Below, in pieces: positions 8,530-16,887 of a stretch of 17,229 nt of DNA. Every line of letters begins with the position of its first letter. The first letter of the stretch is position 1. The notes beneath the pieces were generated by a model, which was given only the letters and a program-made list of their open reading frames with translations, had not been told where the DNA came from and searched no databases. The stretch spans positions 1 through 17,229 of the forward strand of contig JBGQJI010000040.1 of the NCBI GenBank assembly GCA_041498975.1, in the 5' to 3' direction. The translations under genes and the position numbers were made by a program. The stretch comes from Candidatus Methylomirabilis sp. GTDB taxonomy: Bacteria; Methylomirabilota; Methylomirabilia; Methylomirabilales; Methylomirabilaceae.

Positions 8530-8542
8530 AAGGAGATAACGG

Positions 8543-9061
8543 ATGGGTGTCCTCCACGGCCGCTTTGAGCCGAACATCGTCACCACCAGCCTCGACTGGC
8601 TCTTCAACTGGGCCCGCAAGTCCTCCCCCTGGCCGATGACCTTCGGGCTCGCCTGCTGCGCGATCGAGATGATGGCGACCGGGGCCTCCCGCTTCGACCT
8701 CGACCGGCTGGGGGCCGGGGTCTTCCGCCCCTCCCCCCGCCAGTCCGACGTCATGATCGTGGCCGGGACCGTCACCGAGAAGATGGCCCCCCGGATCAAA
8801 ACCCTCTACGAGCAGATGCCGGACCCCAAGTGGGTCATCGCCATGGGCGCCTGCGCCATCTCCGGGGGCCCCTTCTACTACGACGCCTACCACGTCGTCA
8901 AAGGGGTGGACCTGATCATCCCGGTGGACGTCTACGTCCCCGGCTGTCCTCCCACCCCCGAGGCCCTCATCTACGGCATTCTCACGTTGCAGGCGCAGAT
9001 CACCCACAACACCATCGCCAAGCCCGCCCGGACCGACCTCTTGGCCCAGGGGGCGGCATGA
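8543..9061 (+). CDS. nuoB: NADH-quinone oxidoreductase subunit B
   Basis: 172 aa with [36 protein letters not shown] and [10 protein letters not shown] (N2 cluster ligands). Confidence 0.96.
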   Translation: MGVLHGRFEPNIVTTSLDWLFNWARKSSPWPMTFGLACCAIEMMATGASRFDLDRLGAGVFRPSPRQSDVMIVAGTVTEKMAPRIKTLYEQMPDPKWVIAMGACAISGGPFYYDAYHVVKGVDLIIPVDVYVPGCPPTPEALIYGILTLQAQITHNTIAKPARTDLLAQGAA

Positions 9062-9567
9062 GCTACTTCCGCGACCTCTTCGGCGGCGCCTGGAGCATCC
9101 TGGGCTCCCTCCGGGTGACGCTCCGCTACCTCTTCACCCCGGCCATCACCACCCAGTACCCGGACGAGCAGCGGTTCCAGCCCCTCCGCACCCTCAACCG
9201 CCACATCCTGACCATCGACGAGGCGACCGGGAGGCTGAAGTGCACCGCCTGCGACGCCTGCGCCCGGATCTGCCCCACCCGCTGCATCGAGCTCACCGGG
9301 GCCGGCAAGGGCAAGGAGCGCCGGGCGGCGACCTTCTTCATCGACCACAACCTCTGCATGTACTGTAACCTCTGCGTCGAGGTCTGCCCCTTCGACGCGA
9401 TCACCATGTGGACCCGGATCGGGGAGCTGTCGGCCGACCACCGCAGCGGCCTGGTCTACGACCAGCCGACCATGACCGCCGACCGCTTCTACCCCACCCC
9501 CATGACGCCCGAGCGTCCCCAGGGGGCGGCTCCTTCGACTGGGCTCAGGACGGGGGCGGCGGGATGA
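9058..9567 (+). CDS. nuoI: NADH-quinone oxidoreductase subunit I
   Basis: 169 aa from ATG 9058 (ATGA overlap with the nuoB stop). [19 protein letters not shown] and [16 protein letters not shown] (two [4Fe-4S]). Confidence 0.9.
   Translation: MSYFRDLFGGAWSILGSLRVTLRYLFTPAITTQYPDEQRFQPLRTLNRHILTIDEATGRLKCTACDACARICPTRCIELTGAGKGKERRAATFFIDHNLCMYCNLCVEVCPFDAITMWTRIGELSADHRSGLVYDQPTMTADRFYPTPMTPERPQGAAPSTGLRTGAAG
9522..9560. repeat. Palindromic repeat submodule inside the nuoI 3' end, flanked by 9-bp direct repeats
   Basis: GGGGGCGGC + TCCTTCGACTGGGCTCAGGAC + GGGGGCGGC. The core matches the reverse complement of 4614-4633 at 19/20 positions. Confidence 0.8.
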
Positions 9568-10595
9568 AGGGGGCGATGAGACTGTCGCAGAACGGGCGGC
9601 CGACGGCGGCGCTGCAGGATAGCTTCGGCCGGGTCGTCGATGATCTCCGGGTCTCCCTTACCGATCGCTGCAACTTTCGCTGCGTCTACTGCATGCCGCT
9701 CGAGGGCCTTGCCTGGCTTCCCAAGCCCGAGATCCTGACCTTCGAAGAGATCCTCCGGTTCGTCAAGATCATGATGGCGCTGGGTGTGAAGACCATCCGC
9801 CTCACGGGAGGAGAGCCGACCGTGCGCGATTCCGTGGAAGAGTTGGTAGCCGGCTTGGCGCAGCTCTCCCCTGATCTGGACCTCTCCATGACGACCAACG
9901 GCTTTCTTCTGCCGAAGAAGGCCGTTGCGCTGGCTCGGGCGGGGCTCAAACGGATCAACATCAGTCTCGACACGCTCCGGCCGGATCGATTCAAGCAGCT
10001 CGTTAGGGTGAAGGGAATCGAGGTCGGACATGTGCTGGATGGGATGGCAGCCGCCGAGGCCGCCGGGCTTCACCCGATCAAGGTCAACATGGTGGTCATG
10101 AGAGGACAGAACGACGATGAGGTCGTGGATATGGCCGCCCTGGGCCGGGAGAAGGGGTACCAGGTCCGCTTCATCGAATTCATGCCCCTCGACGGCGAAC
10201 GTGGCTGGAGCCGCATGATGGTCTTTCCGGCCAAGGAGATCCTGGATCGGATCGATCGGGTGTTCCCCCTGCTCCCGGCGAACGGTCGAGGTCATGAACC
10301 GGCGACGCGCTATTTCTTTGCCGACGGCCGTGGAGAGGTTGGGATCATCGGGTCGGTGACAGAGCCGTTCTGCGGGAGCTGCAACAGGATTCGCCTCACG
10401 GCAGACGGCCAGATTCGGACGTGCCTCTTCTCGCTCAAGGAGCATAACTTGAAGCGGCTCGTGCGGGGCGGGGCCAGTGATGAAGAGATCGCCGGCTTCG
10501 TCCAGGATGCGGTCTGGCGAAAGGAACCTGGCCATCGGATCAACGAAGCTGACTTCGTTCAGCCGTCCAGAGCGATGTCGGCCATCGGCGGCTAG
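9564..10595 (+). CDS. moaA: GTP 3',8-cyclase (molybdenum cofactor biosynthesis, radical SAM)
   Basis: LRVSLTDRCNFRCVYCMP, RLTGGEP, FCGSCNRIRLTADGQIRTCL and C-terminal MSAIGG. Start is ATG 9564 (ATGA overlap with nuoI) or 9576. Confidence 0.97.
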   Translation: MKGAMRLSQNGRPTAALQDSFGRVVDDLRVSLTDRCNFRCVYCMPLEGLAWLPKPEILTFEEILRFVKIMMALGVKTIRLTGGEPTVRDSVEELVAGLAQLSPDLDLSMTTNGFLLPKKAVALARAGLKRINISLDTLRPDRFKQLVRVKGIEVGHVLDGMAAAEAAGLHPIKVNMVVMRGQNDDEVVDMAALGREKGYQVRFIEFMPLDGERGWSRMMVFPAKEILDRIDRVFPLLPANGRGHEPATRYFFADGRGEVGIIGSVTEPFCGSCNRIRLTADGQIRTCLFSLKEHNLKRLVRGGASDEEIAGFVQDAVWRKEPGHRINEADFVQPSRAMSAIGG

Positions 10596-10644
10596 CCCGG
10601 ATTATTCACCAACGGGCGGGGATCTGGGGAGGCGGCGCGGCAAC

Positions 10645-10868
10645 CAATACAAACGCACTAAGAAAAGTGTCATTGCGAGGAGCGAGACCCCTCGCCGCTG
10701 CTCGGGGCAGGCTCGGCAATCTGACCCGAAGGGTCATTCCGAGCGAAGCGAGGAATCTCACCGGGATTGCTTCGGCTCCGCCTCGCAACGACACTTCGTG
10801 TCGGATTGCCGCGCTCCGGTTGGTCGCTCGTAATGACGATGTAACACCATTTGGTGCGTTTGCTATAG
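10645..10868. repeat. Composite palindromic repeat element, copy 2
   Basis: AAGTGTCATTGCGAGG (10665-10680) / CCTCGCAACGACACTT (10781-10796) inverted repeat, 15/16 match, with an extra half-unit to 10838. Outer imperfect inverted repeat CAAACGCACTAA / TTGGTGCGTTTG. Confidence 0.85.
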
Positions 10869-10907
10869 TTCGGCAGCGACAGAGGTCTCGGAATGGTGAG
10901 CATTCTG

Positions 10908-10933
10908 ATCCCGCCTGACTGATCAGGCGGGAT
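10908..10933. repeat. Perfect 11-bp hairpin ATCCCGCCTGA-CTGA-TCAGGCGGGAT
   Basis: Directly visible, just upstream of the Rieske SD; a related CCCGC-CTGAA-GCGGG occurs at 1836-1850. Confidence 0.6.
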
Positions 10934-10961
10934 TGTCACATTAGGAGAGGGTGGGAAACGC

Positions 10962-11270
10962 ATGGGGCGCTTGGTGAAGGTGGGCGAGGTTGGCGATCTA
11001 TCCCCTGGGGAGGGGAAAGTCGTGGACGCGGGAGGCAAGGAGGTCGCCCTTTTCAATGTCGGCGGCACCTTGTATGCCATCGGCAACTCGTGCGCTCATC
11101 GCGGGGGTCCATTGGCAGAAGGGAAGGTGAACGGCACCACCGTCACCTGCAACTGGCACGGTTGGACATTCGACCTCCCGAGCGGCATTTCCCCACTCAA
11201 TCCAGTGGCCAAGGTTCCAAGCTATCGGGTTGACATGCAGGGGAAGGATATTTTCGTGGAGCTTCCCTGA
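10962..11270 (+). CDS. Rieske [2Fe-2S] ferredoxin (NirD/dioxygenase ferredoxin-like)
   Basis: 102 aa; CAHRGGPL and CNWHGWTFD Rieske motifs. Confidence 0.92.
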   Translation: MGRLVKVGEVGDLSPGEGKVVDAGGKEVALFNVGGTLYAIGNSCAHRGGPLAEGKVNGTTVTCNWHGWTFDLPSGISPLNPVAKVPSYRVDMQGKDIFVELP

Positions 11271-11271
11271 G

Positions 11272-12207
11272 ATGGCCACGTTGCCGCACGAGGTGATCGT
11301 CCTGGGCTCGGGCCCGGCCGGGCTCACTGCGGCCCTGTACGCCGCCCGTGCCAACCTGCATCCGTTGGTCATCGAGGGGGCCGAGGCCGGCGGGCAGTTG
11401 ACCCTGACCACGATGGTCGAAAACTATCCCGGGTTCCCGGATGGGCTCATGGGACCCGACCTGATCCGTGTGATGCGACAACAGGCGGAGCGGTTCGGGG
11501 CCACATTCTTGAGGGGCGATGCCACTGCCGTGGATCTAAGCGGAAGGCCGTTCACTATCACGGTCGAGCAAGAGACCCTCCGGGCCAGGGCGCTCATCAT
11601 CGCCACGGGCGCTTCGGCGAATCTGTTGGGCCTCCCCTCGGAGCGCACGCTCCTGGGACATGGGGTCTCCACCTGCGCCACCTGCGACGGCTTCTTCTTC
11701 AGAGATCAGCAGGTGGCGGTGGTGGGCGGGGGCGACTCGGCGCTCGAGGAAGCGATCTTCCTGACGAAGTTCGCCACGAAGGTCACGGTGATCCATCGAC
11801 GGGATAAACTTCGCGCGTCCAAGATCATGCAGGAACGGGCCTTCAAGAATCCAAAGATCGCGTTCTTATGGAACCGAACAATCGAGGAGATCCTGGACCC
11901 TTCACAAGGGAAGGTGACCGGGATTCGGACCCAGACCAACGGGTCGGCGAAGGCGGAGACCCTCGCGTGCGATGGCGTGTTCATCGCCATCGGCCATTCT
12001 CCTAATACAACGCTGTTCGCCGGGAAGCTGGAGATGGACGAGCGGAACTACATCGTGACTCGTGGCGGCACGCTGACCAGTGTCCCCGGCGTCTTCGCTG
12101 CGGGCGATGTGCAAGATCGTGTCTACCGCCAGGCGGTGACCGCGGCTGGCTCGGGATGTATGGCGGCCATCGATGCCGAGCGGTACCTGGAGAGCCAGCA
12201 CCAATGA
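11272..12207 (+). CDS. trxB: Thioredoxin-disulfide reductase
   Basis: 311 aa from ATG 11272. GSGPAG, VENYPGF, CATCDG, GGGDSA, HRRD and [12 protein letters not shown]. Confidence 0.97.
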   Translation: MATLPHEVIVLGSGPAGLTAALYAARANLHPLVIEGAEAGGQLTLTTMVENYPGFPDGLMGPDLIRVMRQQAERFGATFLRGDATAVDLSGRPFTITVEQETLRARALIIATGASANLLGLPSERTLLGHGVSTCATCDGFFFRDQQVAVVGGGDSALEEAIFLTKFATKVTVIHRRDKLRASKIMQERAFKNPKIAFLWNRTIEEILDPSQGKVTGIRTQTNGSAKAETLACDGVFIAIGHSPNTTLFAGKLEMDERNYIVTRGGTLTSVPGVFAAGDVQDRVYRQAVTAAGSGCMAAIDAERYLESQHQ

Positions 12208-12210
12208 AAC

Positions 12211-12294
12211 GTGCGGGGTGCGGGGTGCAAGGTGCGAGGTGCGGAGTGCCGGGTGCGGGGTGCGAAGTGCGAGGTGCGAAGTGCGAGGTGCGAC
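12211..12294. repeat. Heptamer tandem repeat (GTGCGRR consensus) x12
   Basis: Twelve consecutive GTGC-NNN units between trxB and moeA. Confidence 0.9.
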
Positions 12295-12342
12295 TCTTGC
12301 TTGAGAAAAGAGTTGGCGCTGTGAGGCCAAGAGGGTAGGACG

Positions 12343-13554
12343 ATGGCGATGAAACCGATGAAGGCCCTCCTCGGACTGGAGGAGGGGATGCGGATCATCA
12401 TGGAGGCGGTCCATCCGATCGAGCGGACGGAGCAGGTAGCCTTGCTGGAGGCGGTGGGCCGGGTCCTGGCCGAGGAAGTGACCGCGAAGATGGACGTGCC
12501 GCCCTTTGCCCGCGCCGCCATGGACGGCTATGCCGTCAGGGCGGAGGATACATTCGGCGCCGGGAACTTCTCCCCCAAACTCTTGGAGATCATCGAGGTG
12601 ATCCATGCGGGGGAAACCGCCAACAAGGAGGTTCGCCCCGGGACCTGCATCCAGGTGGCCACCGGCTCCCCAATGCCGCCCGGGGCCGATGCCGTCGTGA
12701 TGGTGGAAGACACCGAACTGGACGGGGGCAGGGTGAAGGTGTACAAGCCCGTTTACCCCCACCAGAACGCCTCCCCCCGCGGCGAGGACATCACACGGGG
12801 GAACGTCGTGCTCTCGCCGGGGATGTTCCTGGATCCCAGCAAGATCGGCGTGATCGCCGCCCTCGGATTGCAGAAAGTCGCGGTCTACCGGAAGCCACAG
12901 GTCGCAGTGATCCCTTCCGGCAACGAAATCCTCGTGCCTGGGGATTCTCTGACGCCGGGGAAGATCTACGACATCAACTCCTACACCTTGTCCGCGCTGA
13001 TCATGGAGAACGGCGGGCTGCCCCGGATCTTCCCGATCATGGAGGATACGCTGGATTCGGTTGTCTCCACCATCCGCGAGGCCCTGTCTTTCGACCTGAT
13101 CGTCCTGTCGGGGGGCAGCTCCGTAGGCGAGCGAGATATGATGGTGGAGGCGGTGCAACGGATGGGCGAGTTGAAGTTTCATGGCATCGCCGTCAAACCG
13201 GGGAAGCCCACCCTGTGCGGGATTGTGGAGGGCCGTCTCCTGTTGGGGATGCCGGGCTACCCGACGTCATGCCTCACGAACGGCTATGGGATTCTGACGC
13301 CCGCGCTCCGGAAGATGGCGAGGCTTCGCGACAGGAGCTTCGCGGCGCTGGAAGCCCCCATGGCGCGTCGCTACACCTCGACCATCGGGCGACATCAGTA
13401 CCTTCCTGTCCGCCTCGAGGGCGGAGAGGTCGTTCCGGTCTTCAAAGAGTCGGGAGCGATCACGTCGATGGCCGATGCGGAGGGGTACATCGAGATCCCT
13501 GCGAACGTGGACCTCGTCGAGAAGGGGGAGCTGGTCAAGGTCCTCCTCTTTTGA
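12343..13554 (+). CDS. moeA: Molybdopterin molybdotransferase
   Basis: 403 aa. DVPPFARAAMDGYAV, TGSPMPPGADAVVMVE, SGNE, GGSSVGERD and KPGKP. Confidence 0.94.
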   Translation: MAMKPMKALLGLEEGMRIIMEAVHPIERTEQVALLEAVGRVLAEEVTAKMDVPPFARAAMDGYAVRAEDTFGAGNFSPKLLEIIEVIHAGETANKEVRPGTCIQVATGSPMPPGADAVVMVEDTELDGGRVKVYKPVYPHQNASPRGEDITRGNVVLSPGMFLDPSKIGVIAALGLQKVAVYRKPQVAVIPSGNEILVPGDSLTPGKIYDINSYTLSALIMENGGLPRIFPIMEDTLDSVVSTIREALSFDLIVLSGGSSVGERDMMVEAVQRMGELKFHGIAVKPGKPTLCGIVEGRLLLGMPGYPTSCLTNGYGILTPALRKMARLRDRSFAALEAPMARRYTSTIGRHQYLPVRLEGGEVVPVFKESGAITSMADAEGYIEIPANVDLVEKGELVKVLLF

Positions 13555-13692
13555 CAGCGCCCTTCGTCGCTCCGGGTTCTTCCCCGGCCTGCTTCGACCA
13601 ATCGAACACCTCTACCTCCACAGGTGTGGAGTAATGGCGAGTCGCAGCGCGGGCGTGCGCTTCGCATTCGGCTTGCCAGGGATTGGGCTGCG

Positions 13693-14895
13693 ATGGATCT
13701 GAACATCGTCAAGCAACTTGCCATTCCATCATCCTCCAAGATCATCATGCTGATCTCTGACGGATTGGGCGGCCTGCCGAGAGAGACGGACGGTCGAAGC
13801 GAGCTGGAGGTGGCAAGGATCCCCAATCTCCACGCCTTGGCGGCGCGCTCGCTTTGCGGGCTGATCGAAATGGTGGGCCCCGGGATCACCCCCGGCAGCG
13901 GGCCGGGGCACCTGGCCCTCTTCGGGTACGATCCGTACACCTACCAGATCGGACGGGGAATCCTTGAGGCGTGTGGGATCGATCTGCATGTCGGCCCGCG
14001 CGACGTGGCCAGTCGTGGCAACTTCTGCACACTGGATGAAGAAGGCAGAATCGCCGATCGGCGGGCCGGTCGAATCTCGACCGAGACATGCCAGCGCCTC
14101 TGTCGCAAGCTGGATCAGATTCGGATCGAAGGGGTCGAGCTGATCGTCAGGCCGGTCAAGGAGCATCGGCTGGTCGTTGTGTTTCGAGGGGAGGGGCTCT
14201 CGGATGCTCTCGCGGATTCCGATCCGCTGACGCCCGGGCAGGCGCCACTACCTGTAATGCCGCTATCCCCCGACGCGGGTCGGACCGCGGGCCTGGTCAA
14301 TCGGTTTCTCGACCAGGCTCGCGCCGTGCTGAAGGATGACAAGCCGGCCAATATGGTGCTGCTCAGGGGATTCGCCGCGCCGCCGAAGCTCCCCTCGTTT
14401 CCCGAGCTCTTTCTGCTTCGCGCGGCGGCGATCACCTGCTACCCCATGTACCGGGGTCTGGCGAAGCTGGTCGGGATGGATGCGTTGCCATTCTGCGCCG
14501 ACCTGGACGACGAACTGCGGGCCTTGGCCGAAAATTATGGCCGGTACGACTTTTTCTACGTTCACTTCAAAGGGACCGATCGGGCAGGAGAGGACGGTGA
14601 CTTCGGGGGGAAAGTCGCAGCGCTGGAAGAGCTGGATCAGCACATCCCCGCCTTTCTCGAGCTGCGACCCGATGTGTTCATCGTCACGGGCGATCATTCG
14701 ACGCCGGCCGTGTTGAGTGGACATAGCTGGCATCCGGTCCCGTTCCTCATCTGGTCGCGATGGTGCCGCTCCAGTGGGGTGAGGAAGTTCACCGAGAAGG
14801 ATTGCGCTATTGGGCCTTTTGGGAAAATGCGGGCTGTCGATCTGATGTCTTTGGCGATGGCTAACGCCTTGAGATTCAAGAAGTTCGGAGCATGA
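13693..14895 (+). CDS. apgM: 2,3-bisphosphoglycerate-independent phosphoglycerate mutase (ApgM type)
   Basis: 400 aa from ATG 13693. DGLGG, TPGSGPGHLALFGY, DRRAGRI, TGDHSTP, HSWHPVP and C-terminal KFGA. Confidence 0.9.
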   Translation: MDLNIVKQLAIPSSSKIIMLISDGLGGLPRETDGRSELEVARIPNLHALAARSLCGLIEMVGPGITPGSGPGHLALFGYDPYTYQIGRGILEACGIDLHVGPRDVASRGNFCTLDEEGRIADRRAGRISTETCQRLCRKLDQIRIEGVELIVRPVKEHRLVVVFRGEGLSDALADSDPLTPGQAPLPVMPLSPDAGRTAGLVNRFLDQARAVLKDDKPANMVLLRGFAAPPKLPSFPELFLLRAAAITCYPMYRGLAKLVGMDALPFCADLDDELRALAENYGRYDFFYVHFKGTDRAGEDGDFGGKVAALEELDQHIPAFLELRPDVFIVTGDHSTPAVLSGHSWHPVPFLIWSRWCRSSGVRKFTEKDCAIGPFGKMRAVDLMSLAMANALRFKKFGA

Positions 14896-14915
14896 GCGCA
14901 TCTGCAGCATTAAAA

Positions 14916-14944
14916 TTGACAATCACGTAATGGTTGGCTATAAT
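14916..14944 (+). promoter_or_regulatory. Perfect-consensus sigma70 promoter (TTGACA-N17-TATAAT) of merR-iscS-iscA
   Basis: TTGACA at 14916-14921 and TATAAT at 14939-14944 in an AT-rich patch; imperfect dyad CAATCA-CGTAA-TGGTTG over the spacer. Confidence 0.85.
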
Positions 14945-15008
14945 TTTGTTAGGTTGGGGCAAAGGAGAGGTTGCCCCGAAGGAAAGGATGTGGTGAAGGG
15001 TCGAGGGT

Positions 15009-15488
15009 ATGGGGGAGAACGGGCTGCTGAAAATCGGCGAGTTGGCTAAGCGGACCCGCACGACACTGCGGACCATCCGCTACTATGAACAACTTGGCCT
15101 GATCAGTCACTTCGCGCGGACGAAGGGCGGATTTCACCTCTACTATCCGGATGACTGTCAGAAGATCCAGTTCATCAAGGACCTGCAACGCCTGGGAACT
15201 CCTCTTTCTCAGATCGGGCGATTGCTGGAACGGCGCCGGGTGGCTACGTCCGGTGCCGAAGGCGCTCCGGAGATCATTGAGATTCTCTGCGGACAACTCG
15301 CTGAGATCGAGGGGCGCGTTGCCATCTACCGTCAGGTGCAGGAGTCGATCCGGCAGACCCTGGAGATCCTGCAAGCATGCAAGGCGTGCCCGCTGAAACC
15401 GTCGAAGGAGGTCTGTTGCCGGTGCGATGCAGTCACCTCGCTGAAAGAGTTGCCGCTACCCATGCAGGCCATGATCGCGGCGTCGTGA
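15009..15488 (+). CDS. MerR-family transcriptional regulator with C-terminal Cys cluster
   Basis: 159 aa. LKIGELAKRTRTTLRTIRYYEQLGLI...RTKGGFHLY MerR HTH, a coiled-coil helix, then CKACPLKPSKEVCCRC. Confidence 0.92.
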   Translation: MGENGLLKIGELAKRTRTTLRTIRYYEQLGLISHFARTKGGFHLYYPDDCQKIQFIKDLQRLGTPLSQIGRLLERRRVATSGAEGAPEIIEILCGQLAEIEGRVAIYRQVQESIRQTLEILQACKACPLKPSKEVCCRCDAVTSLKELPLPMQAMIAAS

Positions 15489-15534
15489 GTTCATGAGGCT
15501 GCAGGACACCGGGCGAGAAAGAACGGCATAGTCG

Positions 15535-16761
15535 ATGCCAGTCACACTTCCCATCTATATGGACCACCACTCAACGACGCCGGTCGCCCCCGAGGTGTTC
15601 GAGGCGATGCGTCCCTATTTCTGCGACCGCTTCGGCAATGCCGCCTCCCGCAGCCACCCCTTCGGCTGGGCGGCCGAGGAGGCGGTGGAGCAGGCCCGCG
15701 CACAGGTCGCCCACCTGTTCGGGTGTAAGCCGGCAGAAATCGTCTGGACCAGCGGCGCCACAGAGTCCGACAACCTGGCGATCAAGGGGGTTGCCGCCGC
15801 CTACCGCGAGAAGGGCCGCCACATCATCACCTCGCGGATCGAACACCACGCCGTCCTCGACCCCTGCAAGCGGCTGGAGCGGGAAGGATATCGGGTCACG
15901 TACCTTCCGGTGGACCGGACCGGTCGGGTCGATCCGGCTGACGTAGAGCGCGCGATCACCAAGGAGACCATCCTCATTTCGATCATGGCTGCGAACAACG
16001 AGATCGGGACGCTGCAGCCCATGGCCGAGATCGGCCGGATCGCCAAGCGTCATGGCGTCCTCTTCCACAGCGACGCCGCCCAGTACGTGGGCAAGCTTCC
16101 CTTGTCGGTTGAGGACTGGCACGTCGATCTCCTCTCGGCCTCGGCTCACAAGTGCTACGGTCCAAAGGGGGTCGGCGCCCTCTATGTGCGGATGAGCAAG
16201 CCCCGGGTCAAGCTCATCCCCCAGATGGACGGGGGCGGCCATGAGAAGGGCCGCCGTTCGGGGACCCTCAATGTTCCGGGGTGTGTCGGATTGGGCGCCG
16301 CCTGTGCACTGGCCGAGCGGGACGTCTCCACCGAACCAGCCAGGCTGACCGCGCTTCGCGAGCGCCTGCGGGCCGGCCTCTGGTCCCGGCTCGACTACCT
16401 CCATCTCAACGGTCACCCGACCGAGCGGCTTCCGGGCAACCTGAACCTCTCCTTCGGGTTCGTCGAAGGGGAATCCCTCCTCATGGCGCTTACGGGGGTC
16501 GCCGTCTCCTCTGGCTCAGCGTGCACCAGCGCCACGCTCGAGCCCTCCTACGTTCTGCTTGCGCTGGGCGTGAGCGATGAGCTTGCTCGCGCGAGCATCC
16601 GTTTCGGCCTCGGCCGGTCGAATACCGAAGAAGAGGTGGACTTCGTTGCCGCGCAGGTTATCGAGAACGTCAACCGCCTCCGGGCGCTTTCGCCCCTCTA
16701 CGAGATGGCGATCGAAGGGATCGACGAGAAAGCAACCCGGTGGAGTGTCCGTGCCTCCTGA
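15535..16761 (+). CDS. iscS: Cysteine desulfurase, IscS type
   Basis: 408 aa. [23 protein letters not shown] (PLP Lys), [16 protein letters not shown] (group I catalytic Cys) and the IscS-like tail LSPLYEM. Confidence 0.95.
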   Translation: MPVTLPIYMDHHSTTPVAPEVFEAMRPYFCDRFGNAASRSHPFGWAAEEAVEQARAQVAHLFGCKPAEIVWTSGATESDNLAIKGVAAAYREKGRHIITSRIEHHAVLDPCKRLEREGYRVTYLPVDRTGRVDPADVERAITKETILISIMAANNEIGTLQPMAEIGRIAKRHGVLFHSDAAQYVGKLPLSVEDWHVDLLSASAHKCYGPKGVGALYVRMSKPRVKLIPQMDGGGHEKGRRSGTLNVPGCVGLGAACALAERDVSTEPARLTALRERLRAGLWSRLDYLHLNGHPTERLPGNLNLSFGFVEGESLLMALTGVAVSSGSACTSATLEPSYVLLALGVSDELARASIRFGLGRSNTEEEVDFVAAQVIENVNRLRALSPLYEMAIEGIDEKATRWSVRAS

Positions 16762-16774
16762 CGCGAGGCCACCA

Positions 16775-16873
16775 ATGTTCATTCAACAGAAACTGCGGGA
16801 GCAGCTCGCCGACATCTGCGGACTGCCCCCTTTTGTGGACGAGGATTCCGGGTTGACTCCCGGTCCTCAGTGA
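16775..16873 (+). CDS. Possible 32-aa small ORF between iscS and iscA
   Basis: GAGG 6 nt before the ATG; MFIQQKLREQLADICGLPPFVDEDSGLTPGPQ fills the gap and stops just before the iscA SD. Confidence 0.25.
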   Translation: MFIQQKLREQLADICGLPPFVDEDSGLTPGPQ

Positions 16874-16887
16874 CCAAGGAGGTCCAA

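Noticed and set aside
8830..9057. N-terminal extensions of the ORF-track calls for nuoI (also moaA from 9408, trxB from 11230, nuoG from 6682, apgM from 13624)
   Set aside because: They overlap upstream genes or intergenic DNA; family similarity and SD or ATGA coupling point to the later starts.
10606..11086. ORFs across the palindromic element (e.g. VIARSE.., SLRGA.. peptides)
   Set aside because: These are translations of the repeat itself, with no coding evidence.
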